Positions 22,146 to 36,039 of a stretch of DNA of 64,000 bases are shown here, piece after piece. A program made the translations under genes and the position numbers. Source of the DNA: Cetorhinus maximus (Eukaryota); the NCBI RefSeq assembly GCF_964194155.1, contig NC_135880.1, positions 177,506,001-177,570,000 on the forward strand. Direction: 5' to 3'. Each line of letters starts with the position of its first letter. The first letter of the stretch is position 1. Under the pieces are notes generated by a model. That model was not told where the DNA came from, ran no database searches, and was given only the letters and a program-made list of their open reading frames with translations.

Positions 22146-25100
22146 ATGTTCATGGGTCTCATTTACTAAAATACACATGAACATTGAGAATTTAAATTAA
22201 GTCTTATTGTTTTGTGAAAATGCCATTAAGCAGATTTTTAAAAATTAAATAACATTTCTTCTGTTTGATGGAGATATGTCCTACCTTTTACATGTGCACA
22301 GCAGCAAATCTTACAAATCTGCTTCTGAAGAGCCAAAAAGAAAACTAGACACTATAATCTCAGTTGAGTGATGCACAAGCATCATTTTGGTGCCATGCTG
22401 TTCCTGATCTTCTTTCTAATGGAAATGCAAGTTTCGTCAACCCCATAAATTTGAGTTTTATATCCATGAATAAAGATGGTTGGGTAACTTGCATTTGGCC
22501 AGAATTCTGTGTTTAGGGTGGCAACCTTGTACAAAAGAAAGATTGAATTTTGGTGCTGTATTCTACATAATGTTTTTGAAGGGAAGGCAAGATTTTATTG
22601 TTTTCAATAAACCTCAGTAAATCATAATGACAGAATTGCAGCGACATGAAAAATATTCCCATTGGCAAGTCTGTGCAAGTGTTAAAATATACTGCACCAG
22701 CTCTTCTCTCTGTTTCAGCAGGATAACCACTTTTAGCAATATGTGAAGGTAATGGACTCTGATGTCACAATAAAGTTTTAGAAATGTTCTCATGCAGCGA
22801 GCAAATAAACAGTCCTTTTGGTTCTGATATCTGGTTTTGACTGCAGTCCAGACTAGGGTGATGAAATTATCCTCTCTGCTACCTAGCAAAATTTTGCATG
22901 AAATGTGTTTGGGCAAATCTCGATCTAAATGTCTAGTGAACCCTCATCCGCCAAATTGGCAACCTCGCTGAGAGAAAATACACTCAGTTTATTAGTCAAC
23001 AGCTGGGGTGAAGCCTTAGGTCGAAATTAATCTCTGATCATAAGGTCTAGGGTTCAAAGGTTTAATCTGTCACAGTAAAATATTTCTGTAGTTGAGTTCT
23101 TACACAGGCAGTGGCTATATTGCTTTGCTGTACATTACCAGTTCAAAACCTCCATACAAACCCATAGTGTAGCATGTCTGTATTCCAGATGAGTCTGTAA
23201 AGTCAACGGTTGTACTATAGGAAAGATCCACCATGGTAACAACACATTGAACACTGGATGCATAACTGGGTGCTTTGTAACAACAACTTGCATATATACA
23301 GCATTTATAACGTAGGAAAACATCTCAAGGTGCTTTCCTTCCTAAGGTTTGCTTTAGCAAAGGCACAGGAAGAGAGAAGGTGGGAAACTCGATCACATTC
23401 TTTATAATAAAAGCAAAATACTGCGGATGTCTGAAGTAAAACCAGTAAATGCTGCAAAAACTCAGCAGGTCTAGCAGGTCAGCAGATCTCTGTAGAGAGA
23501 GAAAAAGATAACAATTTGAGTCCTTATGACTCTTTAGATCACATTCTTTATCTTGCTTCTTGGCAAGACTAAAGTACAGTGGTTGTGTGTGCAGCTTGGT
23601 GGTCTTTGTTTTTATTTAAAAAAGAGCAGATTTAGAATGTTTTCCAATTTGTATGTTGTCCTCAGCATTAATATGTTCTGTGTAAATGTTTACATTGACG
23701 GTGTTGGTTGCATATTCCAAGTGGTCTGGAATGGATTGAAGATCACATTGTATTTTTATTTGCTGCATGCAATTGAAATCACCAGCATTTCAATCCCTAG
23801 TGGCAACTCCACTGTCTATACATCCCCCTATGCACTGCATTTTTGTACTCCTTTCTCAATGTGGGCATCACTGGCAAGACCAGCATTTATTGTCCATGAA
23901 GTTGTTGATTAGCCACCTTCTTGACCTCTGCAGTCCATGTGGTGCATGTGCTCCCATAATTGCAGTTAGGTAGGGACTTGCAGAATGTTGAACCAGCGAC
24001 ACTGTAGGAATAGCGACAGGATGGTGGGGGAGGGGGACTTGCAGGTGATGGTGTTCCCATGCACCTGCTGCCCTTAGAAGTTGCAGGTTTGGGAGGTGCT
24101 GTCAAGCAACAACCACAAAGCTGCAAATCCTGACCTCAGTCTCAGCTATAAGTCATGCAGTTGTTGGAAATTTGGGACTGTGGGATGGGGAGCCAGCCAG
24201 CAAAGCTGATCTGCCTGTGAAAATCTTTAGACTTGTCTGGGTAATTATTTAGTCTGGAGAGCTGCAGGGTGTACAGGTTACCTAGAATTATGCAGAATAT
24301 ACAACGGATACACAATGTAGAAAGATGGGCAATTAAGTAATAGTAAACTTTTTTTTAAATGCTGATCTTTTTTCATTTCTAAAGATCTTGTTTTTGCATC
24401 AAACTTTCTAATCCTAGATTATTGCAACTCTCGTAACATGCAGAGAATTCCATACAGCAGAGCAACAAGCGTAACCATGTTATGCTGCCTCTTTCCACCT
24501 TTATCTCGCCCCCATCAGCATCTCCTTCCAATTCGTTCTCCCTCGTGTTTATCTGTCTTTCCCTTAAATGTGTCTTTGTGAGACGCCTCAACCACTCCCA
24601 GTGTCAAGTTTCACATTGTCACCACCCTGTGGCTAAAGAAGTTTCTCCTGAATTCCCTATTAATCAATAATAAATCTATTTTACATTGAAACTCTCCCAC
24701 TGGTGGAAACATCTCTAATTTCCCACATCAGAGAAAACAGCACCAGCCTGTTCAATCTTTCCTGATGTGTATAACTTCTCAGTTCTGGAATCATCCTTGT
24801 AAATCTTATTTGCACCTTCCCCAGTGCCATGGATATATTCCTTAACCATCCTACGCCACAGATAGTGTTGTCATAAATGGTACATTTGAGAAATGCAACC
24901 TGACAAAGTGTTATAGGTGGTGCTATGAAATTGCTTTATAAAGACAAGGCACAGTACATCAGCAAGTTACCTCCTATAAAGTACAGCAACATGTTGTACC
25001 CAGATCTTGTTCTATTATTACATTTTAAAAATGAGGAGGCCCAAACTGGTTGTGCTTGGGTGCGCACTGTAGTTCCTTTAAAAAAAAACTAACCTGGTTT

Positions 25101-25364
25101 GTCACAACTGTACATTGGGATCAGATATTCACAGTGGGAGGGTAAACTGGAAAACACTTCACACTAGGCCCCTCTCAACAGCACTCCTGGCTGTATACAG
25201 AGTGGCAGAGGCCTGGGACCTGACGTCCAGCATGCCTGTACAGTTACAATACATGGCTAACTCTACTGGATTTTACAGGGAAAAATGACACCTTTTCTTG
25301 GCCTTTTGTTTCTGTATGGGTTCAGAAGTACTTCATTGGGGTCTTTACTTTTGGTTTTCAGATT

Positions 25365-28300
25365 ATGGCGTCTGCTACAGAGGATTTGAATGCGGAGAAC
25401 CAGTTTTCACCAGAGCCTGAAACCAGTAAGATTCCACATGGAGTTCGGGCTGATGCATCACCGGATGCAAAATGCCCCATCTGCCTAGACAGATTTGACA
25501 ACATGTCTTACATTGATCGCTGTTTTCATAAATTCTGCTTTCGCTGCATTCAGGAATGGTCTCGAAACAAAGCTGAATGCCCCTTGTGCAAACAGCCATT
25601 TAACTCCATATTCCACAGTGTGCGGACCGAAAACGATTTTCAGGAGTATGTACTGAAGGCGACAGAGAACGGCTCGTTTGCCAGTCCAGGTGGGCAGAGG
25701 TTTAGGTACCGAACAACACTGACCCGGGAACGTCGCACGACCCATCAGCGTCGGAGGTCCCCAGTTCTTCCCGTAATACCCGACAACGGAGTGGTATTCG
25801 AAGGACTTGGGCGCCAGCCCCGGGTGCATCAGGGACACAACTTGCGTCGGATGATGTTACGACTGGGCGCCCGGAGGAGAGCACAGTCCGAGGGCAGAAC
25901 CATGCGCCAGGTCCAAGAACAAGAAATGATCAACTTTAGACGGGAATTGTACCGGTCGGGCTTGCGTGTCAGGAACGTCCAGGATGGGGGTCGGAGTCGA
26001 GACATTTCCGCCGAATTCTTCCGCCGCAACGCAGCCTGTCTTCACCGACTAATGCCATGGTTGAAAAGGGAACTCTGCGTCTTGTTTGGCTCCCACGGCT
26101 CTGTTGTCAACATTGTGCAACATATAATCATGTCAAACATCGTTCGATACAACATGGAAGACGGGGCCTTTCAGGAAGAACTCAGGCCCTTTTTACTCAG
26201 CCGCACAGACCATTTCTTGCACGAGTTTATAAGCTTTGCGCGGGCACCATTCAACATGGAATCATATGACCAGCGGGCCAACTATGACTGTCCAGCTCCA
26301 TCCTACGAGGAAGAAAGTGACTCAGATTTATCTGTAATCACAATTTCGCCTGACACCGCTAACGTTCAGGAAGAAGATAGACCCACTCCCAATCCTTCAG
26401 AATTAGGTCTTGGCCTAAGTCAGGCAACATGGGACGATGAAACTCCTGGCCCTTCTTACTCAGTGGCAGAGACCATGGAGTCGGTTAACTCCTCACCTGG
26501 TGAAACCTCTGCTGTTTCTGAGGAGATGCCACCACAAGCTGGATCCTCTTTACTTACGGTGTCAATAAAATCCGATCCAAGCACAAAGGAAGAGGGCTCA
26601 GCCCGTTCAGCCGATGACTGCTTAATAGTTGGTTATGTGAAGCCTTTAGCTGAAAGGACTCCTGAACTTATTGAACTGAGCTCAGACTCTGAAGTTTCCG
26701 TACAGGCCACCAGCACCGAGGTTGTCAAACAGCCGATGCATTTACGATTCCACAGCACCAGCAGTTTGTCCTCGTCAACTAGATCATCATCAGCTAGATC
26801 GTCTGTGTCCAGGGAGCGATTGAAAAGAAAGAAATTGAAACAGAAAAAGAGTAACAAATCAAAAAGAGATAAGCACCGCAGTCATAAGAAGAGTTCCCAT
26901 TCTGGGGGCAATGCGTCACGTTCAAGCAGACGGAGGGAGAGGATGTCAAGCAGAGTTCGAGGCAGTTCGAAGGATCGATCAAGAATCCGACCACATAGTA
27001 GAGACAAGCATGAGTTTAGGAGGACTGAGCGATCAAGCACCAGGGACAGAACCATGGTGGCTTACTCTTACAGCAGAGGTGAACATCAAGCTAAAGACCG
27101 GAGCAGGAGAGCCGGCCGAGACAGATCTTCTTCAAGAGAGAGGGCCAGATCAGGCAGCAGAGAAACCCATGCTCGTCAAACCCGAGACAGGAGGCGATCA
27201 AGGAACCGAGAGCGAGTGCCATTCACCAGAAGTCGGACAAGGTCACAGAACAGTGACAGTGCCGTTTACAGGCATAGAGCTAGGTCACGTTCTTGGAGCA
27301 GAGGCTATGCCGCTCTTGGAGACAGGAGGAGGTCCAGAAGTCGAGAGAGGGCGTACAGCTACATGAGAGAATACCAGGAAAGAAACAGGGGGTTCTTATA
27401 TCAGTGGGAAAGATATAGCTACCACAGTAGAATGAACGATGGCCGTGATTCCGCGCCTCGAACCAGAGCTCACCACAGGAGAGGGTCACCGTGTTCAGAT
27501 TATAGAATTCGATCTAGTTCTGAAAGCACAAGCTTCAGAAGCCCAAGTAGCCATAGGGATGATGTCTATTACCAATACAGAAGTTATCGATCAAGAAGCC
27601 CATCCAGTACCAGATCTAGAACTACTTCTGGTAGAACTGATAAAATGAGACAAGAGAAACCTGGGGGCAAACGTAAATATAAAACTCATTATTTGGAAAG
27701 TTCCTCCAGCAAAAGTGCAAGTTTGCAGCTTTCTAATTTATCATCAGAAATTCACGTGTTGCCCAGACAGGAGGGTAGTTCTCCTGGCCCTCTTTCACAG
27801 TGTAGCAGTAACTCGAAAAGCGGCTCCGTGTTACTTGAGAGTATGCTAGGCAGCGAGCCAAAGTGGAAAAAGCACAATGAGAAGACAAGAAGTGCAAGTG
27901 TGGAAATCGTGTACGAGGGAAGGGTAACAGAGGCAAGTCAGCGCCATAAAAGAAAAAAGAAACACAAAAAGAAACAAAAAAGGGGAAAGAGCAATGAATG
28001 GGCTGACAGTGAATGTCATTCACCCCTTGTGATAACCATTGAGAGTGATAGTGATGTAATTGTTACAAGTATGGAAGATGGCAACAGCACTGTAGGCACA
28101 ACCACTAACCTTCTTAACGAAAACAATTTTGAACTTGTCGAGAAGTGTGTTCTTGAGACTGTGGAATCTCAGGATCTTCCTGCTACAACACCGAATATTT
28201 TCTTAAGGCACACAAGCACAGAGTCCTTGGATGTTTGTGGACTGTCTGCAGATTCTGATCCTAGTCCTCCAAATTCAAATGAACAGACTCACCTTGACCA

Positions 28301-28499
28301 AGATGATGTCAGTCCGGTGACTGATACCGACTGTCACCAGAATTTCAAAGGGGAAGAGCAAGACCATGGACAGAACTGCTCTTCGCCAAAAAGGACTCTT
28401 TCTAAAAACTCTTCAGACAGGCCACCTTTGATACTGAAAATCCCAAAGAGGTTCATTAACGGAGCCAACTTATTTAGCCGTCCAACGGAAAATGCATGA
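25365..28499 (+). CDS. TOPORS: E3 ubiquitin/SUMO ligase TOPORS, 1044 aa in one exon (exon starts 25362)
   Basis: DASPDAKCPICLDRFDN...CFHKFCFRCIQEWSRNKAECPLC RING; NAACLHRLMPWLKREL; RS-rich region; SIM-like motifs (PELIELSSD, SVEIVYE, LVITIESDSD); EKPGGKRKYKT. Acceptor TTTCAG|ATTATG. Confidence 0.97.
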   Translation: MASATEDLNAENQFSPEPETSKIPHGVRADASPDAKCPICLDRFDNMSYIDRCFHKFCFRCIQEWSRNKAECPLCKQPFNSIFHSVRTENDFQEYVLKATENGSFASPGGQRFRYRTTLTRERRTTHQRRRSPVLPVIPDNGVVFEGLGRQPRVHQGHNLRRMMLRLGARRRAQSEGRTMRQVQEQEMINFRRELYRSGLRVRNVQDGGRSRDISAEFFRRNAACLHRLMPWLKRELCVLFGSHGSVVNIVQHIIMSNIVRYNMEDGAFQEELRPFLLSRTDHFLHEFISFARAPFNMESYDQRANYDCPAPSYEEESDSDLSVITISPDTANVQEEDRPTPNPSELGLGLSQATWDDETPGPSYSVAETMESVNSSPGETSAVSEEMPPQAGSSLLTVSIKSDPSTKEEGSARSADDCLIVGYVKPLAERTPELIELSSDSEVSVQATSTEVVKQPMHLRFHSTSSLSSSTRSSSARSSVSRERLKRKKLKQKKSNKSKRDKHRSHKKSSHSGGNASRSSRRRERMSSRVRGSSKDRSRIRPHSRDKHEFRRTERSSTRDRTMVAYSYSRGEHQAKDRSRRAGRDRSSSRERARSGSRETHARQTRDRRRSRNRERVPFTRSRTRSQNSDSAVYRHRARSRSWSRGYAALGDRRRSRSRERAYSYMREYQERNRGFLYQWERYSYHSRMNDGRDSAPRTRAHHRRGSPCSDYRIRSSSESTSFRSPSSHRDDVYYQYRSYRSRSPSSTRSRTTSGRTDKMRQEKPGGKRKYKTHYLESSSSKSASLQLSNLSSEIHVLPRQEGSSPGPLSQCSSNSKSGSVLLESMLGSEPKWKKHNEKTRSASVEIVYEGRVTEASQRHKRKKKHKKKQKRGKSNEWADSECHSPLVITIESDSDVIVTSMEDGNSTVGTTTNLLNENNFELVEKCVLETVESQDLPATTPNIFLRHTSTESLDVCGLSADSDPSPPNSNEQTHLDQDDVSPVTDTDCHQNFKGEEQDHGQNCSSPKRTLSKNSSDRPPLILKIPKRFINGANLFSRPTENA

Positions 28500-29081
28500 A
28501 AATTGTTTCTGAAGACAAAGTTGGCTTGAAATTGGAAGTTGATCCAGCCTCCCATCCACCCCCTCCCTACACCCCCAACCACCACTTTCCCACCCACCAT
28601 GGGAATTTTATTAGATTCGTACAGTAGCACCAAGAGAGGATTAAGAAGTGTGTGGTCATCAAGCTGGCATCATGTGTGCAGATTTGTTTTTTAAAAGTTC
28701 TTGTGATAAGACTGGTAACGCTGTACAGATCAATCGTGTGCAGATACTGCTTAACAATGACTGAGAAGGTGTAGATTCCTATGCCAAATCTATCCATTGG
28801 AAATTTTATAAATATGGTGTATTAAGGTGGGACTTAAAAAGTTGTGTGGGTTTATCTATTTAAAAACGTTACAGGTTTCTTTTCATCTGACTTTATCATT
28901 GCCAAAAGTGCATCACATAAACTTGCATTTAACTGTTCCAGGCTGTCGATAATTGCATAATGCACAGACCGGAAGACCCGGAGAGATTAAAGGCACTTAC
29001 ATTTCTGTAAATAATCATACTTGAATGTTCTAAAATAGTTGCCAAATATATAGAACAATCAAAACTGGCAATTGGGTTGGC

Positions 29082-29087
29082 AATAAA
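29082..29087 (+). terminator. TOPORS: Candidate TOPORS polyadenylation signal (second candidate at 29992)
   Basis: AATAAA followed by a T-rich tract, about 580 nt after the stop codon. Confidence 0.5.
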
Positions 29088-32000
29088 ATGTTTTTTTTTA
29101 ATCATTTTATGAGAATAGTTTTGATGAGACTAAATGTTGTGCGCGTCGCAGCGAGAGCTGTTTACACAGGAAGCAAAATATTTTCCGGCTCCCTTGATGA
29201 CAGTACTGGATGAAAAACCTTTTGCTTCACCAGAGATTACAAATCAATGTGGGTAGTGCTTTCATTCCTTGCCCTGAGGAGCTGGTTTCTGCCGTTTTTG
29301 CACAGGGTATTGATTTCCGTTAACTTTTTGTCACCCTGATTGAAACACCCAGCAAACTATGAATGTTTCCTGTGATGATAGGTGGGCTGTTTGGATTAAG
29401 GGGATTCTAACCTTTTCTATGTCTGGGTCAATATTTCTGATAATTCAATCTGTTAGAACAGTTTTTAAAGCATTTATACTGTAGTGTGGGTGCGCAGTGT
29501 CCTGTAATTTGCAGGAAATGTATATTTGCATGTGACAGATTTGTGAGGGAATGTTGTGAAATGTTGTAAATTGGCTATTAGATAAACCTGCCAACAATTT
29601 AGTTAAAATTTCAGTTTGCCTGTCTGTATCGAATGATTCATCCTACTTTTAAGTGATTACTTGCATGTCTCCCTATGTTACAACAGCGACTACATTTCAA
29701 AAGTGACTACACTAGGTGAATTGCTCTTGCAGAGAGCGGGCACCAACAAGAGGGGCCGAATGGCCTCCTGTGCTGTATCCATTCTAAAAATACTTTGGCT
29801 ATTGAAGGGCTTTGGGACATCCAGTGTCAGGTAGGGTGCTGTAGAAATGAAGTTCTTCGTGGTTTCATTCCTATGTGAATTTGCCCTGATAGTCCTAATA
29901 GATGATAATGAGTGAGAATATCCACATCCCTATTTACTGAGTATTGCAGGATTATGCATTTTGCTTTACTAAATTTCCTCATTTTGAGAGAAATAAAATG
30001 GACCCCCCCCCCCCCTTCACCTCCCTTCCCAGGATAAATAGAATTTCGGTTGGGGCCTATGAGGTTTGCTTGCTGTAGGATGTATAGTGGATGTGGCAGA
30101 GTTATGAAAGTTGTTGGTCCATAAGCAGAATGAAAGTGATATGACTTTTAGGGCAAATAACACTCTGGGGATCATCAACGGATAGTGGATAGAGTTCCGT
30201 TCTTCGTCTGTTTGACGTAAATGTGCCAATCATACACAGGATTGGTGAAACAATAGTGTGGGCTCTTTATTTGAAAATAAAACTATGTACAATGATCACT
30301 GGAGCTAAGCATAGTATATCTGACTTCTACCACTGCTGCTCATAGATTGACTACATGCCTTGGGACTAATACATCATATCCTGTCTAGGTATATAATGAT
30401 TGACAGTAGCTTAAGATACGCACCCTTAAAGGTGCATGTCATCATATCACTAGACTTAGACTGGTGACAAATCAAATTACTGTGAAAAGGACAAACCAGC
30501 ACTAGACTTCAAGTGAGTCCTTGGGAATGTTAGTTGAGAATCAGTATAACTTAATACAAGGTGTCGCGAAGGATATGGCTGCTGAAGAAACTGATGAAAA
30601 TAGGGATATTGGATGGACTATGGTTGTAAGAAGTACTGAGCAAGGTCAAAAAGTCTGTAAAACTACCACTGGGAATGACCATAACAGATATCAAGCACTC
30701 CAGTAATGCTGGCTAAAGTTACCACATGGAGTGGTTGAGGTAAATAGCATGGAGCTCTTTAAGGGAAAGTTTGTAATGCATGACTGAGAAAAGAATAGAA
30801 AGATATGCTGATAGGGTGAGATGAAGCAGTGTGGGAGAAGGCGCATGTGGAGTATGAACATTGGCATGACCCGGTTGAACCAAAGGACCTGTTTCCCTGC
30901 TGTAACATTTGACATAATTTTCTATGTCAAAGCAGGGAATAGAAGATAGCTGAGGGTTGTGCGACTTTGGAATTCTCTGCCTCAGAGGGTGGTGGAGGCG
31001 GGGTCATTGAGTATTTTTAAGGCAAAGGTAGATAGATTCTTGTTAGCCAAGGGAATCAAAGGTTACCGGGATTAGATGGGAATGTGGAAATCAACACAGG
31101 ATCATCAGCCATGATCTTATCGAATGGCGGAGCAGGTTCGAGGGGCTGAATGGTCTACTTCTGTGTCTATTTCTTATGTTCTTATGACAGTGAGCTGTGT
31201 ACCTGGAACTAGAGTAGTGGCACATTGAAGAAAGGTTATAAGGAATACAGAAGGGGCAATGGCATCTCCATACAGTGCTGAATGACTTGTGGAGAAATCA
31301 CATCTGCAAGGTTTGCCTCAAAACACAAAGATAGTGAATGCAAAGTAATGTTCTCTGGTATGCTTTCTATTTTGGAATTATATAGAATCTATAGCACAGA
31401 AAAGGTAATTTGATGTTTATGCTCCACATGAGCCTCGTCTCACTATTTTATCTCACCCTATCAGTATTATCTTCCAATCCTGCCTCCCTACCTTTAAATG
31501 CATTTACGCTATTCAGCTCAATCACTTCATGTGTTAGTGCATTCCACATTCTTACCACTCCAGCTAAAGTTTCTCCTGAATTCTTTATCAGATTTATTTA
31601 ATATCTTATATCAATGGGCCCCTAGTTTTAAACTCCACCACAAGTGGAAACATCTCCAAGCCTACCCTATCGCACCGTCATAATTTAAAGACCTTTGAAA
31701 TCACACCTCAGCCTTCATTTTTCTAAGCCTAAGAGTTCCAGCCTGTTCAGTCTTTCCTGTTGGCTATAATCTCTGAGTTCTGGTATCATCCTTGTAAATA
31801 GAAAGGGAGTTCATCAAAAAAATGAGGATGTTTATCAATGGCTGGTAATCTAATATAAAAATAATGACACAAAGCTCATGAGTAATTTGAGGTAATTTCA
31901 AAACCTGAAGTACTAGAACTGGAAAGAGAAACTGCACCAAACTGAATGTAGCAACAAAGTTGAAGTGGTGAAGTGCAGTGAATCAATTAAACATTTAGGA

Positions 32001-34204
32001 CAAAAAGGTAATTGGATCCCAGATAAGACTGATTAAAGTGTGGAAGATGGGTTTGTATGTATGTAGTAAAATTGGAGAAAAATGGATAATGGGAGGAGCA
32101 GACTGCAGGGGGAAGGAAGCAGGAAAACTACATCTATAATATAAAATACTAGAAGTTTTTTTTTAAAATGGAAATGATATTTTTCATGTCCTCTATGCAC
32201 TTTACAGCCAATAAATTGATTTTGAAGTGTAATCAATCTTTGTCAGGAAACATAGCAGTCAGTTTATGCACAGCAGGATCCCACAAACCATTAAAATAAT
32301 GACTAGTTAGTCTTTCCTTTTGGAAGTTTTGGTTGGAGGATAAATGTTGACCAGGAGAAATCCTCATCTGCTCTTCAAATAGTTACTTCCACTTCAGAGG
32401 GCACTTGAGCTCTCATTTCACCTGAAAAACACCACCTTGGCTGATGCAGCACTCCCTAGGTACATTAGAATCATCAAAGTGCAGGAAATGGCTAGTGGGC
32501 AAGATTTTGTGCAACTCTTAACACTTACCCTAAATATATGGTTAAGTCTAGAACAGCCAACAAGGTTTATTGGTTTGGACAAGATCCTTTTACAACTCCG
32601 AGGATCAGTGGACTTATCAGACATGCCTGAAAGTTAAACATGGTCCACAAAAGGAAGGAAAGCAACACTCATTAAATCCAAATACAGGGAGCGTTATTCG
32701 TTTTTTTTAAACTTGAGCCAAGAAGAACCATTTCATGTGGCCTGGTGTCTTCTTTTTAATTCCACTTGAAACTTTGGTTTGTACAAGATCTAACCTAATG
32801 ACAATGTTTTGTGTTGGTGTTGCTATGCTAAGTTACATAGGCAGTTGGTTTCACATCAGGACGCCATTGGCAGAACAAGAGGACCAAAGAACCAAAGGTG
32901 ACGTGAGGAAACTGCTTTTGTGCAGCAAATGGTTAGTATGGTTAGAATGCACTGCCTGAGAGTTTTTTCTTTATTCTTCCACGGGATGTGGGCATCGCTG
33001 GTAAGGTCAGCCTGGCTTGCTAGGCCATTTCAGAGTCTGGATCTGGAGTCACGTGGGCCAGACCAGGTAAGGATGCCAGATTCCCTTCCTTTATGACTCT
33101 TCATCAGAGCTTCAGACTCCTCTTCTTCGGACTCGAAATATTGACTCTGTTTCTCTCTCCACAGATGCTGTCAAACCTGCTGAGTTTTTCAGCATTTTCT
33201 GTTTTTATTTTAGGCCTAATAGCCTTTTGTGCTGTAACCATTCTATGAATTACTTGAGTGAGACTTGAACCACTTGTTACCACTGAGCCAAGGCTGATGC
33301 CTAGGAATAATAACAAGTCAATGCTGGAGGGTTGCAGGTGGGAGTTACAGTGCAGTGGAAATTTAGGAAATGTGCCTAATTCCAGAAGATGGTAAATACA
33401 ACGTATAAGAGTGCGGAGTGTTTAGGAAAGGAAAAATCTGTAAGTTAAAGACATTGATGCTGTTTGAGGAGAGAGGGGGGGTGGCAGTGGAAAGTTACAC
33501 AATGAACAGCTCTAATTTGATATATATCTCATGTGAAAAATAATGTTAGCTACAATCCCTATTGACCAGAATTAAAAATTAGATGGTTTATGTTATCATG
33601 ATACAGCACAGAAGGAGGCCATTTGAACCATTAGTGCCTTTGCTGGCTTCTTGATAGACCAATTCACGTAGTCCCACTCCCTGTTCTTTCCCCATAGCCC
33701 GGTGTTGGTTTTCCCTTAAGTATTTATCCAAGTTGCTATTGAATTTTCTTCCTCCTGCCCTCTCAGGCAGTGCATTCCAGTTCATAACTCCCTGCGTCTA
33801 AAAGTTCCTTGATGTCATCTCTGGTTCTTTTGCCAAATATCTTAAATATTTTTCTGCTAGTTACCAACCCTCCTGCACTGGAAACAGTTTATCCTTATTT
33901 CCTCTATCAAAACCCATCTCGATCTGAAACACTTTGTCCAGAATCTCTTAACCATCGCTGCTCTGAGGAAGTGGCTAAGGAAGGGTAAGTGAAAGCAGGT
34001 AGGTTATTTTAGTGGGTGAACTTTAATCGACCAAAAATAAATTGGGACTAGCCCAGGTGGCTCAGAGTTCAAGTTGTAAACATTAAAGTGAGATGGCTTC
34101 ATGATGCAGTGGAGGCCACAAGAGAAGGCCCATGCCATGAATTTGGTAATGGTAGCAATCTAGACAACGTACCTGGAATGGAAGTTGGCCAGCATATGAA
34201 ATTT

Positions 34205-34822
34205 TGTCCTGTATTGCTAGGGGGTTGGAGTTTAAAAATAGGGAAGTCTTGTTACAACTGTACAGGGTGTTGGTGAGGCCGCACCTGGAGTACCGTGAAC
34301 AGTTTTGGTCCCCGTATTTAAGAAAGGATATACTGGCACTGGAGGCAGTTCAAAAGAAATTCACAAGGCTGGGATTCCTGAGATGAAGGGGTTGACTCCT
34401 CAAGAACGGCTAAACAGGTTAGGCCTTTATTCGTTAGAGTTTAGAAGAATGAGGGATGATTTTATTGAAACGTACAAGATTCTGAAGGTGCTTGACAGGG
34501 TAAATGTTGAGAAGATGTTTCCACTAGTGGGGGAATCGTGAACTAGGGAACATAGTCATTTAAAACTAAGATGCGAAGGAATTTCTTCTCTTGAGGGTAG
34601 TGAATGTCTGGAATTCTCTATCTCACAGAGTTGTGGAGGTTAGATCACTGAAAGTATTTAAAGAGGATGTCGATAGATTTTTGCAATATCGTTGTGTTGT
34701 GGGTTATGAGGAGCTGGCATGAAAGAGGAGTTGAGGCCTCGGGCAGATCAGCCATGATCTTATTGAATGGCGGGGCAGGCTTGAGGGGCCGAATGGCCTA
34801 CTCCTGCACCTATTATGTTCTT
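34205..34822 (+). mobile_element. CR1 LINE 3' fragment
   Basis: LYRVLVRPHLEY..QFWSPYLRKDILALEAVQKKFTR; RLGLYSLEFRRMR; CR1 tail. Confidence 0.88.
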
Positions 34823-36039
34823 AGGAGATCATGACCGCAGAACGATCAAGTTTGGCATGATGTGGGATTCAAAATACTGAGGACATATATATATATAATA
34901 TAGCTTTAAAAGATCTCATTTCAAAGAGGAAACAACTTGAGCAAAGTATGGATGGGGTGGGGGGTGTTGTGGTGGATAGGCTATTAAACATTTAAGCAGA
35001 AGGCCAGTTTAAAATCATATTGCTGATCTTGCAGAATACACACCTAAGGTCTACAAACATGAGAACAAAAACATGTGACCCTAACTGGATTAACATTTAG
35101 CAACTTGCATTTTATATGTAACACCTTTAAAATAGTAAACCATTCCAAGGTGCTTCATAGGAGTGATTAACAGAATTGTACACCAAACCACATTAGGAAA
35201 TTATTAGGCTAAGTGCCCAAAAGCTTGTTCAAAGAGTTTTAAGGAACATGATAAATAGAACAGTGGATGAGGTCAAAAAACTAGTTGGCGAAGTAGAGCT
35301 AGGGAATATACATGTCGAACTTGACGTATTTTAGGATAATATTGCTGCAATGCAGAATGTCGGTGAGAAATAGAGGAGAAGCAAGGATAGATCCTTAGGG
35401 GGCTCAGGAGATAATGGTGCAATAGCAGGAAGAAAAGCCATTGTAGGAGAACCAACGGCAAATGGGAAGGAACAGGAGGAAAACCAGAATTGAAAAATCA
35501 AGATGCTGGGGCTGTTCGGGATTGATATTGGAGGACAGTTGCAGTCGAGACAAGAGTCCTAAACATCTAAGTGTGATTGAGATTGAGCAAGAAAATCACT
35601 ACTATACCAAATTACATCCTCCAACTATTCATTATGGAGACAAAACTCTTCCAAAAGCATGAACTTTTCAAGTTCAGAATGGTTATCAATTGAATCAAAG
35701 CCAACACTTTGGCAGTGCAAGTTACATAATATTTCCAGCGCAGAAACAGCCCAGGAGATTGAAATCTGCTCCACACAAGCCTTCTCCCCAACCCCTCTGC
35801 ATCTAACCTTATCAGCATATCTTCCTCTTCCTTTCTCTCTCATATACTTATCTAGCTTCCCCATAAATACATCTGTCAAGAAAGCATGAACAAGCTTGGT
35901 CCCTTCTCTTGAAAAGAGAAGGTTGAGGGTAACCTAAGAGAGGTCTTTGAAAGCATACAGAACAGACACAGAATATGTTTCCACTTGTGGGGAAATGCAA
36001 AGCTAGAGGCCATCACTCTAAAATAGTCACCAAGAAATC

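Noticed and set aside
25375-28023. Antisense and alternative-frame ORFs within TOPORS
   Set aside because: Expected shadows of a long coding exon; no independent evidence.
30180-30455. Possible minus-strand solo LTR
   Set aside because: TATA and AATAAA words are present, but ends and TSD could not be established.
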